Below, piece by piece: positions 20,604 through 33,065 of a stretch of 64,000 bases of DNA (position 1 is its first letter; each line of letters starts with the position of its first letter). The notes under the pieces were generated by a model. It made no database searches. It saw only the letters and a program-made list of their open reading frames with translations, and was not told where the DNA came from. Source of the DNA: Podarcis gaigeae (taxonomy: Eukaryota); NCBI GenBank assembly GCA_964106915.2, contig OZ066924.1. One strand, 5' to 3'. Position numbers and translations under genes: made by a program.

Positions 20604-23600
20604 GTACTCCCAAAGTTCTTGAGATTTGCTGGTGAAATGCTTGCTCATTTTTTGTCAGAAAGTTTAGCAGCTGCAGGCAGAATGATTAAATAGAAATGGT
20701 TTATTGAAGTTTGGTCATAGATAGCAGATGATAAAAGCCAAAGACAAAGGCTGCCCTATCTCTGCACCCTTAACAAATGCAAAAAAACACACAAAACTCC
20801 AGTTTCTGGAGGTCTGCCAAATGATTTGTGATGTTCTATCTCCAAGGAAGCAGACATTGACTTCAGATCTGCTTCTTGGCAAACTGAAAGCATGTTGGGA
20901 AAGTGTTTCCAATACCATCCACTTGGAAGCACGAGCTTTTCCATGTCTCTTTACTTTCACAGGAAATATTGAACTAGGAGCCAGTTGCCATTTCCCATAT
21001 AAATTTGCCAGGGAAGCTGAAATCGCCTGAAATGTTTAAATAACCACCTCCAAGGAAGAGCTCCGCTAGAACACTGTTTCCCTCCATGTGCCCCTTGAGA
21101 AATCCACATAAGAGGTGTTCTGTTGGAGTGCAGAATTCATGTGGATCGTACCCTCCATTATGTTTGTCATGTGCCTTACTTCAAGAGCCCTCTTCTGTGG
21201 AGTTTATATTGAGGACTGTTCAGATGATAATCAGTTGTGGGGTCCACGTGAGCTGCTTCTTAGCGATTGTAGGCACTTGAGATTCCAATTGGGTTAGGCT
21301 TCGTGTTTTATCTTTGTGGGTTTGTGAAAGGGGAAGAGCAGAAGCAAAGGGGAAGAGCAGAAGCAAAATTCATCAGAAGCGTCACCCAGCGAGATTCAGG
21401 GAGCTGCTTTGGTCCTTATGTACTACTGAGCTGCAAAAGGACCATGTCTTGGGGGCGGGGGGGGCACCACCTGCTCACTCGCTAAAATAAGCAAAAGATT
21501 TGCACATAGCTGACCCTTGGGTATAGTGGCAAAGGCGCTTTCAGCTCCCCCCTAAGGAATGCCCCACCTGATTCCAGACACTCATGTGTGATGCATGTTT
21601 TCTGAAATTGCGTCCACGTGGGCCCACAGTAGCCCCCTCCACCACACTGGACAGCAGCGCCTGTCTCCAAGGATAAAGATTAGGCTCACTCTCCCCTCCT
21701 CCTTTTGCTGTGTGCATTATTACAAAGACAGAACATCATGCCTAGGACAGTTTGACACATTGCCCCGTGTGGGAGAATGACTTCTCTCAGAACTCTGCAG
21801 TCCATGCGCCCAGGCCAGAACCACAGTGGCTTCCCACAGCGGCAACATCAAGTCGTAGTGTAGTCTGCATGCACATCTCCCACATTTATGGGGCATGCCA
21901 GATGCACACATGGAAGGCACGCAGTGCTTCTGCAGTGTATGAAAGGGCTCTTGATGGTGGGATGACAGCAACTCCCACTTTCCAAGACAAGCCTCATGTC
22001 TTCCTCCAAACTTCATCTTTCCCTGCTTAGAGCGGTTTTCCAAATACTTTTAACGTGTTGTGTCGCAGCTGTGCTTCGGAAGGAAGAACACCAAGTTGAA
22101 CAAGTGTTGGGCTTGGGAGAGCTGGACTCTCATCCTTGCTCACTCACAGGCTGAAGGCTGCTTCACACATTAGGGGAACAACCACCTCCCTGATGCACAC
22201 TTTTCTTTGATGCTTGAAGGCGAGATGCATGGAAGGAAGACGTGGGAAACTTGCAGGAGCTGTGATTGGCTGCAATTCCCACTCTGGGCAGGCTGGAACC
22301 TCTTGCCATTTGATTTCTGCCGTTCTAAAACAGGGTTGTGGGGGGTTTCCTCCTCTGCAGGACTAAAGGAAAGCAGCACGGCACTTTCAACACTTTAAAT
22401 GATTTTCATAAATCATGGGTCGTAAAATTCTCTAGCAGAGTTATGGATAGTGCAGAAGGTTTGAGGCTCAATATTACTGTGGAAATAGTGGTTTTTATGA
22501 GGCAAGGATCCTGCCACAAAATGGTCCCAGGCAATGATAATTCTAGTAAATTAAAATGCCCTAGCCATCCATCCTGTGGCTAGAAAATTTACTCCAGGTC
22601 GTTATAAAATCAGCTTATTAGGGTTGGAGGCAGAGAAGTTATTTTTGCTGAGGGCTGGCAAAAGTTTGGAGCATTTGCCATCTTCCTTCATAAGAAACCT
22701 TGATCTTACTCAGAATAGCTCGTTTCTAAGTAGAGGCAGTTTCTGACTGCAAACCACATTAGCCTTTTGTGTTCAGGTAACAATTAAGAACAACAATGGA
22801 AGCCCTTGGAAATCAATGGCTGACATTGTGGCGCCATTGGGGAGCTTGTGACAAACTATTCATTTTCCTAATTTCTTGTTCTTTGATTTGACAACAAATA
22901 TTTACCAAAACTGAAATGGGAACAGTTGCTAAAATCTGCCAGCAATTTAGTGCTAGATTTTTCAAGTAATGCTTCAGTTCTCTTTAGAAAACAGATGGGA
23001 GAAGGATTCATTTCTCCTCCACCTGTTAAATCACTGCTCATGTGTGTTCCTTTTGTGCATGTTTTCATTAGGGAATGGAAGATTTAGAATTTGAAACAGG
23101 AGAGAGAGAGAGAGAGAGAATGAGAATGAGAATGAATGGGGCAAAGGTGGGCCTGATGTTTCAGACTCCTAAGTCCCCAATTCTTTCTTTGTTCTTTTAT
23201 GCCCAAGAAAAACTAGATGACGTTTACTAAGAAAATGTGCTTTTGTTGTAATGAAGAAGCTTGATTCAGAGCACACCCTGTCAGGCATTTTCCTTGGGAC
23301 AGTTTCAGATGAACTTCAGAGGTGATGGTTGGGTGCGTTTCTGGTATGTCAGCTCCTTGTTTGAAAATTAGATTCTTCTGGCATGGGGCTCTCTCTCTAG
23401 GCGTAATCCTAACCCCTTTACCAATTTTATTTCACTTTTTGAAAGCCAAGGGTCATCTACTTTTTGGATAATAACTGCCACACGGGCTCCCCCCCCCTTT
23501 TTGTTTTGGCCAGCAGTCACCATTATGGATTAAAATTACTATCCATGCAACTTTCTTAAAAGTAAAAAGCCATATTCTACTGCATGATGCATGTACACTC

Positions 23601-23726
23601 AAGTTATGGTCTAATCTCAAATTAAATCAGATTGAACATGCTCCCCCTGGATTTGGGCTTCCTGGGCCCTTTGATCAATATCAGGTTTTTGGGGAGGGAA
23701 GCTGAGTAGCTGTGAGATACGGAGAT

Positions 23727-23747
23727 GGTGCTGTCCAAGGTGCTGAA
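23727..23747 (-). promoter_or_regulatory. RE1/NRSE (REST-binding) site
   Basis: Reverse complement TTCAGCACCTTGGACAGCACC: both half-sites TCAGCACC and GGACAG intact with the canonical 2-nt spacer. Confidence 0.75.
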
Positions 23748-24258
23748 TCGAGGGCTTTGGCTACTGAGCTCCCAGTAACACTCATCCAGACTTCATTTTG
23801 CACCACACTTTCCAGGCAAAGGTCCATGCTTTAAACTCCATGTCCAAACAGTTTGTTTGTTTGTTTGTTTTGTCCTGGCGCCTCCCCGGTAAAAACCCGC
23901 ATTTTACTGCTGAATCGGAGCAAATAGCAATCTGCGGGGAACCCAATTGTGGTTTGCTTTATTCGTTGGTAAAACATGGGCTCTACCTGTGAAAGCAGCA
24001 GGGAAGAGAAAACGAAACTGCTCAGACATGGAGCTTTAAAGTGCAGACCTGGGCCCAGAAACGCAGCGCAAAAGGAAGTCTGCCTGAGCCTTAAGAGTGC
24101 GTCAAGTGGGGAGGGAGGGAGAGAGAGAAAGCCCCCCCCCTGCCTGTGCCACTCATTGGCCTTTCATTGGACTGCTTGGTGTAACAAATGTTCCAAGAAC
24201 CACTAATAACCTCCCTAACATTTTTTTATACATGAGGTGGAGTGTTTTGAATTGAAGG

Positions 24259-24415
24259 AAAAACAAAAAAATTCCTTCCTTCCAGTGTATCTGAAGAAGT
24301 GTGCATGCACACGAAAGCTCATACCAAGAACTGACTTAGTTGGTCTTTAAGGTGCTACTGGAAGGAATTTTTTTGTTTTGACTATGGCAGACCAACACGG
24401 CTACCTATCTGTAAC
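24259..24415 (+). mobile_element. Penelope/Neptune-like pLTR insertion
   Basis: Same family as 8456-8656; short inverted 5' piece; 12-bp TSD TTGAATTGAAGG at 24247-24258 and 24416-24427. Confidence 0.8.
24287..24324 (+). ncRNA. minimal type-I hammerhead ribozyme-like motif
   Basis: GUAU-CUGAAGA-A-GUGUG(CAUG)CACAC-GAAA-GCUC-AUAC: stems I and II perfect, palindromic AGCU stem III, one extra A after the core. Confidence 0.65.
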
Positions 24416-25249
24416 TTGAATTGAAGGGTTTGCTGAAAAGCTGTATGCATATCCATTTCCCTGCTAGCTTGCTTGTCCTGAGGGACAGGACCTCGCAGCA
24501 TTTTTTTTAAAAAAAAATGTTTAGAGAAAGCTTCAATAGTGTTTCATGGAATTGTTATTTAGATGTGATAAATCAGTGTGTGGTGTTTTATCCAACCTTC
24601 TTCGTTAAAAGTATTAGCTTCTGGGACAGTGCTGCAGTTTTGTAACAGAAGCATTTGGCATTTCCCTTCCTTATGGAACAAAACGTTGTCTGAATGTTGT
24701 GTCACCACAGCTTCCCTGGACCCTTTTGCCCCAGGCTCAAAGACATCCTCTCCGGAGGATGTGGGAACCAGCCAACTCTCAGGATCCCTGGAGCTTTGTG
24801 GGTCATCATTAAGGAAAGGGGACATGACTTCTTAAGTGAGTCAAGATTTTTGTAGGTGCCTGGTACTGTTGTGAATTTTGAGGCAGGTGTGACTATGCTA
24901 TGCTAATTAAAAGGTTTACTTGCAATTAAGATTCTATGCCCACAATATGTTGCTGATGCTAAGAAGAAAATGAAATATGAGTGTTTTATTGAAACTGCCA
25001 CAGAAATTCATTTTAAAAACATAACCACCCCAACCTTCCGGCACCTTCAGTGTACAAAGTTGAGCCTATGTTTTTCAAGCTAAATGGACCTTTCCTACTA
25101 GGGATTTTGGGGGCGATACAGAAATTTTACATCTCTGCACTTCTTTGCTTCATTTTCCATACTTGGTCAACAGCATAATTTTTCCGTGTTAACTGTGTGA
25201 CTCTCCTTTCCTCTCCTTTGTGTTCCCCCCACCCCTTTCTCCTTTGCAG

Positions 25250-25272
25250 AAGGAAGTAGAGGAGAACTTCAG
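25250..25272 (+). CDS. UNC13B: 23-nt microexon, (E)GSRGELQ
   Basis: Long pyrimidine tract, then tttgcag|AAGGAAGTAGAGGAGAACTTCAG|gttata. Converts phase 1 to phase 0. Peptide EGSRGELQ resembles recalled rat EGKREALQ. Confidence 0.88.
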
Positions 25273-26203
25273 GTTATATACTGTTCATTCTAACCAGTGT
25301 GTCTCCTACTTTTGACACTCCAGTGTGTTATTCGTGCATGCCCTGTTGAATTGTCACTTGGCTGTTTGGCTGACCCCTGAAGTACCCCCCCCCCCAAGTC
25401 TCTTGGCAAGTTCAGCATGCAACAGTCTTGGGAGGAATTCCTGATCTTGTGTATGAACTGAGAGGAGTCTGTTCAGTGCAGGTAGCTTTTATAAAGGAAG
25501 AAAACATTCCTACTTAACACCTTGTTGATGTTGCAAATCCGTGTTTGCTGTGCGTACGCAGTTCCTTCCCAGTCCCAGCAGAGGATAAATGTACTGTGTG
25601 CCATGGGAAGGTTACCTGGAGTGTGTGTGTATCTGTGGGTCACAGAGGCTCAACTTTTACCTCTTGGCCAGCAGTTCTTAAAATATAAATATTATTTTGT
25701 GTTTGTCACTTTGGCAGAAGACTTGCTGCTAATTCTAAGGATTGGCAGAGCCATAATTCCTTCTGGTGCTTCTGGGCAAAATTGTTTTGTGTTTCTTGGA
25801 AGCACTGTGCAAACTCATGGGCAGAAACGGTCTTTAGGGGTCTGCAGGCTACAAGCAACAAGGGCTTTATCCTTGTGCTACCTTGAACTCAAAAGACTCA
25901 TTGTCCATTTCTAGCCATTTTATTCAGAAGTCAGACACCAGAGGGATGAAGCCCAAGAGCAACGTTCTGTAAAAAACAAAGCAGGTTTCTAATTCAGGTT
26001 TGTCTACATGTTTCTTAGCAAGATCATGCATTTGACTTTTTGGTTTAAGATTTGATAGCCTCCATGCACAGTTTCCAGGGTGAGAAGGCTGTGCATCCAG
26101 AGTTTGTCTAAATCGTGCTTCCCCAAGTGGGCTTGCTTTATTTGACTGCCGATTTAGACTCCAAATACATGTTCTGTCACTTTAATCTGACTGCATCCTT
26201 GCA

Positions 26204-26469
26204 TAATAATAATAATAATAATAATAATTTATTTATACCCCGCCCATCTGGCTGGGCCTCCCCAGCCACTCTGGGCGGCTTCCATAAAAACCAAAAATAC
26301 AGTAAAATATCACACGTTAAAAACTTCCCTGAACAGGGCTGCCTTAAGATGTCTTCTGAATGTCAGGTAGTTGTTTATCGCTTTGACATCTGCTGGAAGG
26401 GCGTTCCACAGGGCGGGCGCCACTACCGAGAAGGCTCTCTGCCTGGTTCCCTGTAGCTTTGCTTCTCGC
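26204..26469 (-). mobile_element. L2 LINE 3' end with (TTA)n tail
   Basis: Reverse complement of the L2 family 3' end. Confidence 0.8.
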
Positions 26470-28051
26470 CAGCAGACTTAAGCCCAGGCACCTCAGAGGA
26501 GACCTGCAGCTGGATCAGACCCACGGTCTGTCTGGCCTACCATCCTGTCCTTGCAGATGCCTACAGCTAGTTCAGAAGCATGACAGGAGTGAGCCAGCAC
26601 TTGTGCTGCCCTTCTCGTGTGTCACAGGAGTGAGTCAAAGTGGCCACGTCATCTCGGCTAGCGCTGGCGCCGTGCCTTCACATGAGTGGATTTCTTGAAT
26701 GCCACATGATTGATCTGTGACTTGCTCAGCGCAGGCAGCTTTCCTGTTGATTCCTCCACCTTTGCTCTTGTAGGAATTCCTCTGAGAGGCAGCCCTGGGC
26801 AGCTGCGGATTCCCAGGGAGGGGTCTGGGTGGAAATTGCCCTCCTCTGAGACAAAGGGCTGCTTAGCCTGGCCAGAGAAAGTGTTACTGGGGAAATGAAG
26901 CTCCCCTTCTCTCCTTTGTCCATGAACTCCTGAACTCCTCATTCAAAGGGCAGTTAGATTGCCTTCCTTGGCGCAGTTAGCAGAAACTTGGTAGTTGGCT
27001 ACTGAGGAGGCCAAGAACAAGGTAGCAATTGACCAAAAGGGGCTCCTCCTTTCACCTTTCACTATTTTTTTGTTTGTCTGCCAGCCTCTGTTCCACTTGT
27101 TGGCTGCTCTGGTTCCAGGACCTTAGAATAAGTGGCTTCCTATTGAAGTAGCCTGCCTCCTCTCGGTGCTCATTCTGGGACTCATCCTGGTGGCAGCTTC
27201 CTGCACAGACTGTGGGGCAGCTCATGTGAGAGCCTTGGACGCCAGCCATGGAGGTGGCAGAGCCCTCTCTCTCTCACCCCCTCCTCAGGCTGGGGAATTT
27301 GAGCAGACATTCTCTCTCCTGGAAGTGGATGCCGCTGCCTGCATGAGCCTTTTGTTCCCTTGTGCTCTCTAGGCAAGGATGGCTGCTTTTCAGGAATTTG
27401 TCTAGCATGTATTTGTTCTTCCAGGAAACAGGCTGCTACTAAATGGTTGCTGCTGCTGCTGCAGCTCCTTGGTGGTGCAGGTGCCAGGAACAGCTGGCAG
27501 GCTCCTCTGGCACCTCACAGAAGCTCCCCCCCCCCCCGGCTGTTTCCTGGCTTAGGGATTGAAAAGCAGTGAGAGACCAGGCACTTTCCCCTGGTTTCAG
27601 AGGGGCCGAAGGAAAGGCAGATGCGTGACTCAATTCCGGTGTCTTTAGCCTTACGTCCGTTTGTTCTGTTTGTTTGTGTGCTCTCAATAAATAAGTATTT
27701 TGGAAATGTTCTCGGCAACATTAGGACTTGCTCTAGGATCTGCTCTTGCCAAACTCTTGGTTGTTGTTTTTTTAAAAGAAATGTTTGCGGGTTGATTCCC
27801 CCTCAAAAGCACATTGCACTGAACAGGCTCTTTTTGCCCCTCTCCTGTGTGCCGCCGTGTCCACACCACTGGGCAGCACAGCCTCCCTGCCGTCCTCTGA
27901 GGTGCTAATGAACATGAAGCGCTTTGTGTCCATTTTCGTGCATGAAACGTCCTCCCTGATTTTGAACTCTGCAGCTGGCTTGAACTTTGCTCAGCACAAT
28001 TAATTCTTCTCTCTCTCTCTCTCCTTCTCTCTCTCTTAAAAAAAAATTAAG

Positions 28052-28098
28052 GGTCCGGATGATGGCGATCCGTCCAAATCACCGTGGTTCAAAGGAGG
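28052..28098 (+). CDS. UNC13B: 47-nt exon GPDDGDPSKSPWFKG(G), first exon shared by b and ub isoforms
   Basis: ttaag|GGTCCGGAT...GGAGG|gtaagt; resembles mammalian I(S/P)DDGDPSLPQWLPEG; phase 0 to 2. Confidence 0.88.
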
Positions 28099-29042
28099 GT
28101 AAGTGGCCTTTGACAACTTCTGTTTTTATATTGTAAACTGCCCTGTAATCCTCGGATGAAGGGCAGTATAGTAATTTAATAAGTAATAATAATTAAGAAT
28201 GGATTACTGGCACACAAGCCTCTCGGAGCTTCTTGCCTGCCCTGCAAAGGACCTTCTGAGGGCAGCCGGTGAAGTTGGGGTGATCTCCCTCCTCCTGGGT
28301 GTCTCTGCACCTGCTCTTGCCGCCTTCCCCCATTAGGAACTGCAGGCTTGCCAGGAGAAAGACGGGAAGGCACCATTTTACATGCTGTTTGATTTTAAAT
28401 GTGTTCGTGTGTTTGATGAGAGCCATATGGCTTTGATCTGTAATATTTGAATTCTGCTCCCTCCGAGGGCTGGTGTGCTGTTGCAGCCGGCGGGACTGAG
28501 CAGGGGGGCACTGGAAGCTCCACCCCGAAACGTCTGCCTGAGACTGACTTGCCTCTCTCCCTGCATATAAATCAGGTTTCCAAACAATGAATTAGGCAAA
28601 ACTAATCAAACATGAAATTAAACGAGGGGAGGCTTTAATTTCAATGAGCCTCTTTCCTGAGCTGGCTTCTCTCTTTCGTCTCCTCCTGCCACACCCGCAG
28701 ATGTGCCGCGCTGCTTAGCAACTCCCCCTGTGCTGGGAGGTTTGTGGGCCATCACCCCAGAGGCGGCAAGGGAACTGTTTTTGTTTCTTCAAGTGTGCGA
28801 AGCGCCTCCTCACATGAGCTGCTTGTGAATTGCACACACTCAGCTGCCTTGAAAGAGGCGCAGATGTACCCCAGCATGCTTCACTCCAGCTATGCCAGCT
28901 GTAACTAGGGGAAAACTCAAAAGCCCCCCACCCTCCCCTTGCTGAACAGAAGCATCAGCCAGCCCTGGGCAGTGGCTGGGCAGTTATCCTGGCCAAAAGT
29001 GTGCCTTGCAGGGGGCAGTGTCATTGAGGGTCATGTCCACCA

Positions 29043-29208
29043 CATGTCAAAGAGAACAACAACTACCAGACTTTTAGAAGACATCTGAAGGCAGCCCTGT
29101 TTAGGGAAGCTTTTAATGTTTGATGTATTACGGTATTTTAATATTTTGTTGGAAGCCGCCCAGAGTGGCTGGGGAAATCCAGCCAGATGGGCGGGATATA
29201 AATAATAA

Positions 29209-29247
<39 letters not shown>
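29043..29247 (+). mobile_element. L2 LINE 3' end with (TTA)n tail
   Basis: Same family. Confidence 0.8.
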
Positions 29248-31276
29248 GTGCCTTGGAGAAGAGGCTGCAGGGAGGGTGTCAGACAGAGAGTTGAAGCTGA
29301 GGCTCCATGCTTGCTTGAGCCAGCAGCACCACCTCCTGTCCTTGGCAAGAGACCAACCCTTTTTTCCTGGGGCCACTTGCACTAACTTGCTAGTGTGAGC
29401 TGCCTCCCTAAGGCACCTTCTCTGGCTTTCTGCTTAACCTGTTGCCATCATAGATAACAGAAATGGAGAAATGGAGCCTTTGGGGTGTGGACACATGACC
29501 CCAAAGGCCACTAGCCTGGCCACTGCTCTCTTCCATTGTCCCTCTGCAGAACCCCCTAAGTCTGGGCCCCATAAGCTTTGCCATGGCCTCCTTCTCTACC
29601 CCCCCCCCTTCTGTAAAAACTCTTGAGCAAATGGAAATCGAAGCAAAGGGCAGGAGGGCAAGAGCAAGGCAGGGCGGCTGGAGAGGGAAAGAAAGGAGCC
29701 GGGGTCAGGGAGACTGGAGGACGTCCAGCTTGAGGGGAGACGAGGAAGGAAGCCTATGGGGGGGGTCTGGATCCAGGGGAAATGGGCTGTGCTGAGTGGG
29801 GGGCAGTATTGTGCCCCGAATCCTGTCTCCCTTCTGGGTGAAGGCTTCCTGGCTTGGGTCTGAGGTTCCTTTTCCATGCTGCCTTTGCAGAGATAATTAG
29901 CTGTGTGCTTGTTGCGCACAAGCCAATTATCCCCATCCGCTCGTCTCTAACTTTGCCGCTCACGTTTTTCCAAGCGTCTGTGCGCATCAGCGTGACAAGG
30001 TATTATCAAAGCTGACAAGCGTTCTCCTGAGGGCAATAGACTTCCAGCACAGTGCAGATAACACACTCCCCGGAGTTATTCAATGTGAAATATATGTAAC
30101 TTAGTACAGCAATATTTAAAGTTTCGCTGACAGCTTCACTCCGTGTTATTGTTCACCTGCAGCGCAAGAGGGAGGCGGCAGAGATGGATTCCAGAGCAGG
30201 GAAATGGTTGCATTTTCCCCTTGCCTGCCAGAATTTCTGCCTGCCTCACTGCCGAAGGAATTGGGCCTTTTTAATGTGCTCCTAAGTGATCTGCATGGGG
30301 TGGTGATGCCGTGTATGGCTCAGGGAGGAAAGAAGGAAACGGGGCTGTGAGGAGTCCGAAAAGAATATGTCCAAACTAGGCAAATGCCATTAAAGTAGTG
30401 CATGTGCTTCTGTATACTGATTGGGACACAAAATGCGAGCTCTGCCTATTCCCTGCTGAGGCCCAAATCAGTTTGCCACCGAGGGAAAGGAGGCAGGCAT
30501 TGGGCCTGTAGAGCAGCCAGACTCTTCTGCTCTCCTGCTTGCTCCTGCCCCAAAGGGCAGAGGTGATGGAAACTGTAGCCCAACAGCGTTTGGAGGGCAC
30601 AGGTTAGAATCAGATCATTTTGAAGCCCAAACCTGTCTAAGGCTCTCATCCCAAATCCACAGATAATCTTCAGGGGTCTGGGATGGGAAGGGCTTCCTCC
30701 TCCTCCTCCTCCTCCTCCTCCTCCTCGCTGGCTCTCCTGATGAGCCGGTGCTTTTCTCTTTTAAAATGTAGATTACAGGCGCCTGAAGAGCTTTCCTGTT
30801 GTGGCTCTTTGGAGTTCAAAGAGTGTGCTGCCATGAGGGCCTGATGAATTCTGACACCTTCCCCATTGCTGCTTGCCATGCCTCTTTGGAGGAAAGAAGA
30901 GAACAAAACCTGATTTAATGTGTACATGGGATGGATTTGAGCAAGGCGCCCTTGATTTCAGAACTGTCAGGGCGCCTGTGCTGTGAAACCTGAACTGACG
31001 GGAATAATTCACAGACTTAAAGCCGCACAAAAGCCGCTCGGCATCCAGTCACGTCAAGGTTATTCCTTGGAGTGTGGAGCATTTCTTGCCTTGTTGAACT
31101 GATGTGTTTTTAGGTGTTGGTTTCTCCAGGCCAAGGCGAGATCCTGCATTGCCCGCGGGATTCTTCAGTCTGCAGGAGGCCTCACGTGGGTCCCTCAAGA
31201 GCACCTGGCTGACAGATGATCACTTGTGGCTTGCCATCACTGCTTGCCCTCATGTCTTTCCCCCTTTGCTTTCCAG

Positions 31277-31355
31277 GCCAGCCGGGGGTCTCTATGGCAT
31301 CGACAGCATGCCTGACCTGCGCAAGAAGAAGCCCACCCCACTTGTCAGTGACCTG
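31277..31355 (+). CDS. UNC13B: exon [26 protein letters not shown]
   Basis: ttccag|G...CTG|gtgag; conserved Munc13 motif [11 protein letters not shown]. Confidence 0.96.
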
Positions 31356-33059
31356 GTGAGACTTCCTGCCCCCCCTCTCCCCTCCATGAATATAATGGAA
31401 GTGGTATTTACTGCTTTTCCTTCAAGTGCAGAAATGTTATAGGAACAAGACTCTTATGATGGGGATCCCTGGCAAACTCTCCTTTGAAAAGCTGCAGCTT
31501 CTTGATGGAGCAAGTTTTCTCTGGAGGCCTCTGCATGGCAGCCTCCTGCCCTCAGTCCAGCTAAACTAAAAGCGAGGAAGGCAGGGAAGAGGCAAATCTT
31601 TTCCCAAGCGTTTCCTCTGTTTTGTAGACTCTGAAACAAATGTGTTAGTTTCACGTTTGCCTCTCTGTGCTGTGTGGATATATTTTGCAGACTGTCCCCT
31701 TTTCAAGTCTTGCTTGTTTCACTTTATATGCTGCTTCCGCCGTTCAGCATTTCTTTAGCCCTCCCGGGGTCTTGTGTGCCACCTGCAACTTGGAAATGAC
31801 ATGGTCTCTTGCCCAGATGGGGGCTCGGTCTCTTCCACCCAATCCAACACTGATTTCTTGAAGAGAGGCCTCACTCATCACCAAAGGACCTGCTTTCATG
31901 CCTTGCATTTGGCACAGAAAAGCGGTGGAGATATTATCAGAGTCAGTAAATCAAGGCGATGTAAATCTGTGTTCAAAACACACCAGAAAACATCAAAGCC
32001 GGAGTCGTGGGCAGTGGGTGAAGTGGGCAGTGGGTGAAAGCACGGGTGGGTGAAGGGGGGGGATACAAATTTGGAAAGAGAATTGGCTACAGGTTTAAAA
32101 CTAGATTATCAGGAGGAGCCTTGTTCTGAACAAAGGCTCCTTTGGGTGTTTGCCTCATGTGTTGGGAACTGGTGAAAAGGGGATGGCAAACGAGTTGTGG
32201 GGATTCCTTTATATAGAGGATTCGTGCCATTTGGTTGGCTACAGTGGCATAGTGTGGTGGGCAGGGTCACAGGGTCAGCTGGCCTGGGTGCAAAATTCTT
32301 AAAGGTGCAACATTTCAAAAGGAAGAAAAGAGAAAGTAGCAATCATAAATCAATAGTAGTCCCTCCCCCTCACACAGAAAATTCCCCAAAGTTCATGGGG
32401 TGGACTGAGGAGTGGATTTGGGCGATGGCTGGTTGCTAGGGTGCCCCCTGAAGGGCTTTAGAAAGATGCCCTTTCCCAACCAATCCCCTGTTCTGTTCTT
32501 CACCATGCTTGACGCTCACGGGGCATTCCTGCTGCCACCGACCTATTGCCCCTTTGTTCCAGCCTATCAGTGGGCGGTGCCAAGGATACTTGCCTTGCCC
32601 TGGGTTCTGGCAACTCACGCTATGCCACTGGTTGGTTATAAGGCTTCCATAGTTTTTCAGAGCTGCACACTTGAAAGCAAGAAAGGTTTCGATTAACGTT
32701 ACTGAGACTTAACAACAGATTTCAGGAACACACTAGATGAGCACAAGAGTCCTTCTACTTCCTTATCAGTAGCATTGACCAAGGCCAATGTCACCAATTC
32801 CTCTAGACACTAAGATGGGAGTAGTACTTTCTCAACATTTCTGCAAAAGCAAAGGAAAGCAGTGAACTTATTTTCTGCACTGGCAGCAAGATCAGTCTTG
32901 CTTAATCCACACAGCGTAGAATAATAGCTAACTGGAGAATTGCATCTGTATCATTGCAAAGAGGAAGCCTGGGCAATGTGTTTGTAGCTCTAGTGATGGG
33001 AGGACTAATGGAATTAACCTGTTATGCTTCTCTTGTATGCTGACATTCTCTTCCTACAG

Positions 33060-33065
33060 GCCATG
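33060..33065 (+). CDS. UNC13B: 6-nt neural microexon GCCATG (Ala-Met)
   Basis: ttctcttcctacag|GCCATG|gtaagt; phase 0/0; gives VSDL-AM-SLVQ as in Munc13-1; upstream TGC motifs. Confidence 0.88.
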
